A stretch of DNA of 64,000 bases from a virus (Duplodnaviria > Caudoviricetes). The stretch covers positions 64,001 through 128,000 of IMG/VR virus record IMGVR_UViG_3300008740_000001; one strand, written 5' to 3'. The position numbers and the translations under genes were made by a program. Under the pieces are notes generated by a model, which saw nothing but the letters and a program-made list of their open reading frames with translations, was not told the origin of the DNA and did no database searches. This document shows positions 58,439 through 64,000 of the stretch, piece by piece (position 1 is the stretch's first letter; each line of letters starts with the position of its first letter).

Positions 58439-58447
58439 CTACTTATA
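58439..58447 (+). promoter_or_regulatory. CTACTTATA motif after MCP terminator
   Basis: Between terminator 58330-68 and ATG 58475; a further CTACTTA at 58741 precedes the neck gene. Confidence 0.6.
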
Positions 58448-58474
58448 TAAACAAACCACATAAGGAGATCCCCC

Positions 58475-58714
58475 ATGGGAAAGAAGAGAAAGATAATTGC
58501 ATATCCGCAGAAGTATGGACGTAAATACAAGTATTTGGCCCCGTCAGAGCCAGTAGAGGCCCCAGAGCCTGAGCCGGTTGTTGAACAGGCCCCAGAGCCT
58601 GCACCCGCACCAGCGCCGAAAGCGCCTGCACCTGCTCGCTCCACAAGGGCAAAGAGAGCAGTTAAGCCTAGGACTTCACGCGCCGCAAAAACAGAAACTA
58701 CAGAGACAGAGTAA
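58475..58714 (+). CDS. 79-aa basic / Pro-Ala-Glu-rich low-complexity protein
   Basis: SD AAGGAG; CTACTTA at 58439; AGGCCCCAGAGCCTG repeated at 58557 and 58587. Confidence 0.7.
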   Translation: MGKKRKIIAYPQKYGRKYKYLAPSEPVEAPEPEPVVEQAPEPAPAPAPKAPAPARSTRAKRAVKPRTSRAAKTETTETE

Positions 58715-58766
58715 AACCAGCCGGTTTCCTGATTCCCTAACTACTTATGTCTAGGAGGAACTATGC

Positions 58767-60020
58767 ATGGCTGTGCCTACCTTAACCCCTGCTAGTAATA
58801 CTAGTGCTTCAAGACTGCCAGTAACGGGTAACGTTAGTAGCGTATCCGCAGCTTTGCCTTTTGGTATTTATTCGGCTAACACGGATTTTCTGTCTGGTGC
58901 AGCCGAACAAGTAGCTTATACTTATAAAAAGCTGGGCGGTGATATTCTTGACATAGAGCTTAAAGCAGACAACGTATATGCCAACTACGAAGAGGCATGT
59001 TTAGAATATTCGTATCTTATCAATACCCATCAGGCAAAGAATGTATTATCTGATATATTGGGGTATACAACAGGCACGTTTGACCACGACGGGAGCCTAA
59101 AAACAGGTCCCAGTAATTTAAATCTAAAGTATCCCAGATTTGAGTTTGCATATGCGCGCCGAGTAACAGATGCTATTTCAACAGAGGCCGGCTCGACAGG
59201 TGGCGTTCTCACTGAATATTCCGCCAGCTTTACTTTGGAGAATGCGAAGCAGGATTACGATCTGCAGACAATTATCTCATCTTCCGCAACTGACTCCGAT
59301 TCACCGTTTTATAACGCAGTTGGGAACAACAAGGTTACTATTCGTAGAGTTTATTATGTTTCCCCCCGCGCAATGTGGAGATTTTTTGGCTATTATGGCG
59401 GTGTAAGCGTTGTCGGCAACTTTAATACATATGGACAGTTTGCTGATGACTCGACTTTCGAGATTATTCCAACTTGGCAAAACAAGGCGCAGGCTATACA
59501 ATATGAAGACTCTATTTACACCCGTACATCGCACTATGCATATGAGATTGTCAATAATAAATTGAGACTTTATCCAGTTCCGTCCCAAGATTTCTCCCCG
59601 GGAAAAATGTGGGTTACTTTTACGATCAAGAAGGATCCTTGGGAAGAATATTCGGATAGAAAATCTGGTATTGGAGGAGTAAACAACGTTAATACGGCTC
59701 CGTTTGATAACATACCATACCAGAATATTAACGCTATTGGAAAACAGTGGATCCGGCGTTATGCGCTAGCCCTCTCAAAAGAGACTTTGGGTCAAGTAAG
59801 AGGTAAGTTTAGTACAGTTCCGATTCCGGGCGAAGCGGTAACCTTGAATCATTCGGAACTTTTGTCGCAAGCAAAAGAGGAGCAGGAGAAATTAAGAACG
59901 GAACTTAAAGAAGTGTTGGATCAGCTAACTTACAGTGCGCTAATGGAGGATGACGCCAAAATCGCAGAATCCGCCGGCCAGATTAATAGTGCGATTCCAA
60001 TGAAGATCTTTGTGGGGTAG
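58767..60020 (+). CDS. Neck/head-completion protein (T4 gp13-like)
   Basis: LGG.ILDIEL, YSYL.N, WIRRYALALSKETLGQVRGKF, VTLN; SD AGGAGG; position after MCP. Confidence 0.75.
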   Translation: MAVPTLTPASNTSASRLPVTGNVSSVSAALPFGIYSANTDFLSGAAEQVAYTYKKLGGDILDIELKADNVYANYEEACLEYSYLINTHQAKNVLSDILGYTTGTFDHDGSLKTGPSNLNLKYPRFEFAYARRVTDAISTEAGSTGGVLTEYSASFTLENAKQDYDLQTIISSSATDSDSPFYNAVGNNKVTIRRVYYVSPRAMWRFFGYYGGVSVVGNFNTYGQFADDSTFEIIPTWQNKAQAIQYEDSIYTRTSHYAYEIVNNKLRLYPVPSQDFSPGKMWVTFTIKKDPWEEYSDRKSGIGGVNNVNTAPFDNIPYQNINAIGKQWIRRYALALSKETLGQVRGKFSTVPIPGEAVTLNHSELLSQAKEEQEKLRTELKEVLDQLTYSALMEDDAKIAESAGQINSAIPMKIFVG

Positions 60021-60024
60021 GTAA

Positions 60025-60522
60025 ATGGCAGATGATAACAACAAATGGAAACAGCCTGCAGCACCACCGCCGCCTTTATTTACTGGAAAGCCCGAAAGGG
60101 ACTTAGTAAAACAGGTAAATGACGAACTGATTGAGAGAGTCATTGGCCAGACTGTTGTATATTACCCTATTGACATCGAACACACAAATTTCCATGATTT
60201 ATATGGTGAAGCGTTACGAAAAAGCTTCTTGCCTCCGGTAAGGGTTTACGCTTTGGTTGAGTTTGAGGGCATCAAGACAACATACACGCCCGGTATTGGG
60301 ATTGATAAAGAAGCCGGGATTATAGTTCACTTTCATAAGCGTAGATTGACCGAGGACCAAAATTTATATGTCCGCGAGGGAGATTTCTTGTTATATGGAG
60401 ATATTTACTACGAGATTGTGACGTTAACAGAGCCAAAACAGCTTTTTGGACAGATTGATCACCGAATTGAGATTTCGGCAAAGTGCATCAAGGCACGCGA
60501 GGGTATTTTTGATGGGAACTAA
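60025..60522 (+). CDS. Neck protein (T4 gp14-like)
   Basis: ELIE..IGQ.V.YYP, LYGEA..K.F, VREGD. Confidence 0.7.
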   Translation: MADDNNKWKQPAAPPPPLFTGKPERDLVKQVNDELIERVIGQTVVYYPIDIEHTNFHDLYGEALRKSFLPPVRVYALVEFEGIKTTYTPGIGIDKEAGIIVHFHKRRLTEDQNLYVREGDFLLYGDIYYEIVTLTEPKQLFGQIDHRIEISAKCIKAREGIFDGN

Positions 60523-61450
60523 TTTCATAAGTCCGAGAAAAGAGGCTGAAAGGTCGAATGAAGAGAACGAGAAAGAAGTTGTTGAGTTTTATATGGCGGC
60601 TTCTACTCTCGAAACTGTTGATAGGGCCTTTTTCGAGTTTCTTGATGAAACACTCGACCCGTTTATCTCCACTGGTACTGATTTTAAGAAAGTACCGGTT
60701 ATTTGGACCTCAGCAGAGCGTGCCTTCCAGATTAAGAGTGATAAAGATATTAGGGACAAAGATGGCAGAATCAAAATGCCGGTTATAACCATCGAAAGAA
60801 CATCGATCACTAAAGATTCTAGTCAGCATGGAAAATTGGTCGCCACCTTAGCCCCTTTGGAGACAATGAACGGCGGTAGTTGGGTTGTAGCAAGAAGGAT
60901 TCAGCATGAAAAAACTGCTCTTTTTGCAGCTAGCAATTCAGCGCGAAAAACATCCGAAAAGGCCCTAAATGGCGCCACGTCGACCCCCATAACTACAGGT
61001 AATGGCCAAAAGTGGTTTCCGGGCGAAAACAAGACAATTGTATATGAAACATTGTCTGTGCCCATGCCGGTATATGTAAACATGAATTACACCATAATTC
61101 TTAAGGCCCAATATCAGCAGCACATTAATGAAATGCTAATGCCATTTTTGACTAAAACGGGAAATTGGAATATTTTTGAATTAGAGCGCGATGGTCACGT
61201 ATATGAGGCCTTCTTGCCTAAAGAATTTGGCGCGAATAACAATGTTTCTGATTTGGGAGAAGATGAGAGAATGTACGAGACAAAGTTCGATGTGCGAGTG
61301 TTAGCTTATCTTATCGGCCAAGATGCTAACCAAGAGGGCCCCGAAATCGGTATTACAGAAAACATTGTCAAAGTTCGGCTGCCGCGTGAGCAGGTTATTT
61401 TTGAGGACCCCCATCCCAGAGCACATAAGGGTCAATTTTATAAAGAGTAA
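60512..61450 (+). CDS. Tail completion / sheath terminator (T4 gp15-like)
   Basis: KVPVIW...ER, MP.ITIER, P.PVYV..NY motifs; ATG 60512 with GAGGG SD preferred over 60446. Confidence 0.7.
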   Translation: MGTNFISPRKEAERSNEENEKEVVEFYMAASTLETVDRAFFEFLDETLDPFISTGTDFKKVPVIWTSAERAFQIKSDKDIRDKDGRIKMPVITIERTSITKDSSQHGKLVATLAPLETMNGGSWVVARRIQHEKTALFAASNSARKTSEKALNGATSTPITTGNGQKWFPGENKTIVYETLSVPMPVYVNMNYTIILKAQYQQHINEMLMPFLTKTGNWNIFELERDGHVYEAFLPKEFGANNNVSDLGEDERMYETKFDVRVLAYLIGQDANQEGPEIGITENIVKVRLPREQVIFEDPHPRAHKGQFYKE

Positions 61451-61474
61451 AATGGAGATTGAGGCAAACGGTTA

Positions 61475-61481
61475 CTATTTA
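61475..61481 (+). promoter_or_regulatory. CTATTTA motif before tail sheath
   Basis: Intergenic TACTATTTATT. Confidence 0.55.
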
Positions 61482-61554
61482 TTATACGATAAGGCTCGAT
61501 ATGTGTAGAGAGCGTTTTGCTAAATAAAGTTTGTTTTTAAGGAGTTAAATTAAT

Positions 61555-64000
61555 ATGTCTGTGAAGAAGTACAAATTCGTATCTCCCGGTATTTTTATCA
61601 AAGAGGTAGATCAGTCCTTCCGCCCGGCCGCAAGGCCACGCGTCGGACCGGTCATTATCGGGCGAACCAGAATGGGGCCTGCGATGCGCCCAGTTCGCGT
61701 TGATTCATTCGGTGATTTCGTGAACACTTTCGGAAACACCGTTTCTGGATTCCAAGGAGGAGATATCTGGAGGGATGGAAACCTAGGTGGTCCGACCTAT
61801 GCCGCATATGCTGCCCAAGCATATCTCGCCGCGAAGGTGGGCCCCGTAACCATGATGAGGTTGCTCGGAACAGAGCATGCTAATAGAGAATCGGGCGGAA
61901 AAGCCGGCTGGACTACTTCCGCTGGCCATAACGTCTCAGAAGGCAGCAACGGAGGCGCCTATGGGCTCTTCCTGTTTAACTCTGCTTCGGCCGCAGGGAT
62001 TGGAGCCTCTACGGGCGCCGTTCAGGGCTGTTTGGCTGCTGTTTGGTACCTCAACCAAGGCTCGATCACTCTGAGAGGCACGGATCGAACGGGTGTAACA
62101 ACTTCCGGTTCGGCAGCACTTTTCAGAACTGCAAACGCGTCTACTCACGAGTTGAGAGCAGAAATCCGAGATTCTAGCGGAAATGCAGTGTTAGACACGT
62201 CCTTTAACTTTAGCAGAACTTCCGACCTTTATATTCGCAAGGTGTTTAACACGAATCCTCACAAGACAAACACGGCTTGTACTCCTTCAGCACAAGCTGA
62301 AAAGTATTGGCTTGGACAGACTTATGATCAGCAGATTGAGCATCTTATAACCGGATCAGCCAACAATCACAACTTGGCATGTATCATCGGTCTTAAGAAA
62401 GGGAGCTATGGTTTCCACAATAAGCAGATGCCTTACCAAAATGGTAAGACTGGCTGGTTTGTTGCACAGGACACCGGCACTGCAGGTAGTTACAATGTTA
62501 CGAATGCACAAAAGCTCTTCCGTTTGGTTGGCTTAGAGGGCGGAACCTCAGTTCAAGAGAGATTTAAGGTGTCTATTGAAGATGTGAAACCAGCTGTCTC
62601 TCCAACTGTTAATGCCTATGGTACATTCTCGGTGGTTCTTAGATCTCTTACTGATACCGACAACAACGTTCTTGTCGTCGAAAGGTTTACTAAGTGTGAT
62701 CTTAACCCCAACTCAAATAACTATGTTGCCAAGAAGATTGGTGATAAGTGGCTAACTTGGAGTGATTCTGAAAACCGGTACCGAGAGTACGGCGATTATG
62801 ATAATCGTTCTAAGTACGTCCGTGTAGAGGTGAACGAGTCGGTCAACAACGCCGCAACTGAGCCTGATTTGCTTCCTTTCGGAGTAATCGGCCCACAGCG
62901 TCCGATTAGTTACCGTATCATTGCTGGCCACGACAACGATGGCGGCGGAGGCCACCAAACCTCTGTTTCTCCAAGAATAATTTCTGGAGAGACTACTGGT
63001 TCGACTGCACAATCTAACGCTTATTACTTGGGAGGATCTGGAATCCCCCGTGCCGTAAGTGGTTCCTCGGCTGGAATTGTAACCTACGGACCCTTTACTG
63101 GTTCCGTGTACTTCCCGGCTTTAGCCCAGCGCTCTTCGTCTCTTGACGGTGGTTTGGGTGACCAGACCAACGCGTACTTCGGTGTTACCACCAACAGAAG
63201 TGGTTCTATCGTTTACTGCGAAAGTGTACCTGACTTCTTACGCCCGATTGATGAAGGCTTGGGAAGAGATACATGGGATGCCGACAATTCTAGCACGGTA
63301 CCGTCTTGGACCTTCTCGCTTGACGAGTTGAAATATGATACTACCAAGAAGTGTGCTAACTATGTCTCCGGCTCCCGCGCTGCAGGAACCTCGGTGACAG
63401 CAGTTAGCTCGTCATTCCAGACTATTTTGAACCTTGGTTTCGACCGATTCACGACCGTGTTCCACGGTGGTTTCGATGGTGTGGATATCAAGGAAATGGA
63501 GCCCTTCGGCTTCCATGTAGCCTCAAACTCTACTGATGAGTTTAAGAACTACGCCTACCACTCTATTAAGAGAGCAATCACTGGTATCAGCGATCCGGAG
63601 TTCGTGGAAATGAACCTCCTCGCCGCCCCCGGCGTTAAGGCAACCGGTCTCCAGAACCACATGATGACCACCTGTGAAGATCGTGGAGACGCACTTGCAG
63701 TACTCGACCTTGAGGGTGATTACACCCCCAGAACTGAGTCAACTGATAGTGTTGCAAACCGCCGAGGCACCGTAGCGAGTGTTGTTTCAAACCTTAAGGG
63801 ACGAAACATTGATTCAAGCTATGGATGTGCCTATTACCCATGGGTCCAGATTAAGGATTCTGTCGATGGAGATATTCTTTGGGCTCCGCCCTCTGTTGTC
63901 GCCCTCGGCGTAATGGGCTCTTCTGAGAGAGCTTCGGAAGTTTGGTTTGCTCCCGCCGGGTTCAACCGTGGAGGCCTTTCCGAAGGCGCCGCAGGAATCC
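61555..64000 (+). CDS. Tail sheath protein (T4 gp18-like), 3'-truncated; absent from ORF track
   Basis: MSVKKYKFVSPGIFIKEVDQS...IIGRT.MGP start; YYPWV, PPS and WFAPAGFNRG near window end in the same frame; SD AAGGAG. Confidence 0.93.
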   Translation, partial: MSVKKYKFVSPGIFIKEVDQSFRPAARPRVGPVIIGRTRMGPAMRPVRVDSFGDFVNTFGNTVSGFQGGDIWRDGNLGGPTYAAYAAQAYLAAKVGPVTMMRLLGTEHANRESGGKAGWTTSAGHNVSEGSNGGAYGLFLFNSASAAGIGASTGAVQGCLAAVWYLNQGSITLRGTDRTGVTTSGSAALFRTANASTHELRAEIRDSSGNAVLDTSFNFSRTSDLYIRKVFNTNPHKTNTACTPSAQAEKYWLGQTYDQQIEHLITGSANNHNLACIIGLKKGSYGFHNKQMPYQNGKTGWFVAQDTGTAGSYNVTNAQKLFRLVGLEGGTSVQERFKVSIEDVKPAVSPTVNAYGTFSVVLRSLTDTDNNVLVVERFTKCDLNPNSNNYVAKKIGDKWLTWSDSENRYREYGDYDNRSKYVRVEVNESVNNAATEPDLLPFGVIGPQRPISYRIIAGHDNDGGGGHQTSVSPRIISGETTGSTAQSNAYYLGGSGIPRAVSGSSAGIVTYGPFTGSVYFPALAQRSSSLDGGLGDQTNAYFGVTTNRSGSIVYCESVPDFLRPIDEGLGRDTWDADNSSTVPSWTFSLDELKYDTTKKCANYVSGSRAAGTSVTAVSSSFQTILNLGFDRFTTVFHGGFDGVDIKEMEPFGFHVASNSTDEFKNYAYHSIKRAITGISDPEFVEMNLLAAPGVKATGLQNHMMTTCEDRGDALAVLDLEGDYTPRTESTDSVANRRGTVASVVSNLKGRNIDSSYGCAYYPWVQIKDSVDGDILWAPPSVVALGVMGSSERASEVWFAPAGFNRGGLSEGAAGI

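Noticed and set aside
61452-61508. 18-codon ORF MEIEANGYYLLYDKARYV before the sheath gene
   Set aside because: No convincing SD, and it overlaps the CTATTTA promoter motif; likely chance.
1-64000. Genome-wide TAG recoding (code 15) to explain the UAG at 43409
   Set aside because: Many genes end cleanly in TAG with the next gene starting immediately (3646, 26430, 27665, 29641, 32640, 36015, 43020, 48006, 50063, 60020), and long ORFs are intact under code 11.
1-64000. tRNA, rRNA, CRISPR array, integrase or IS elements
   Set aside because: Intergenic gaps are short and none shows a cloverleaf, repeat-spacer periodicity, terminal inverted repeats or recombinase motifs.

Overview
This 64 kb window comes from the morphogenesis region of a large, T4-related (contractile-tailed) phage. 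All credible genes are on the + strand, use standard code 11 and are densely packed. Order: baseplate wedge (gp25-like, gp6-like, a 4753-aa gp7/gpI-like multi-LamG giant) > further virion/baseplate genes interrupted by a J-domain gene > degenerate cupin, RuvC-like resolvase > a sigma70-type promoter ahead of primase and a fused Mre11-Rad50 (SbcD-SbcC) > holin/spanin-like cassette > terminase, portal > CxxC membrane protein, a 21-aa Cys-Cys micro-ORF, prohead protease > ribosomal protein bS21 > a ~10.5 kb fibre-gene block > scaffold, major capsid protein > neck (gp13/gp14-like), tail terminator (gp15-like), tail sheath (runs off the end). The strongest new lead is an unannotated SD-led 21-codon ORF that is in frame with the prohead protease and separated from it only by one UAG and a GC hairpin (readthrough or leader-peptide control of head maturation). 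Other leads are a recurrent CTAHTTA upstream motif (candidate late promoter, the reverse complement of the T4 one), a strong excess of GGCGCC/GCCGGC palindromes, and phased T-tracts with a structured leader. No tRNA, rRNA, CRISPR array, integrase, transposase or reverse transcriptase was seen. All family calls are motif recognition by eye with no database search, and all counts are manual.
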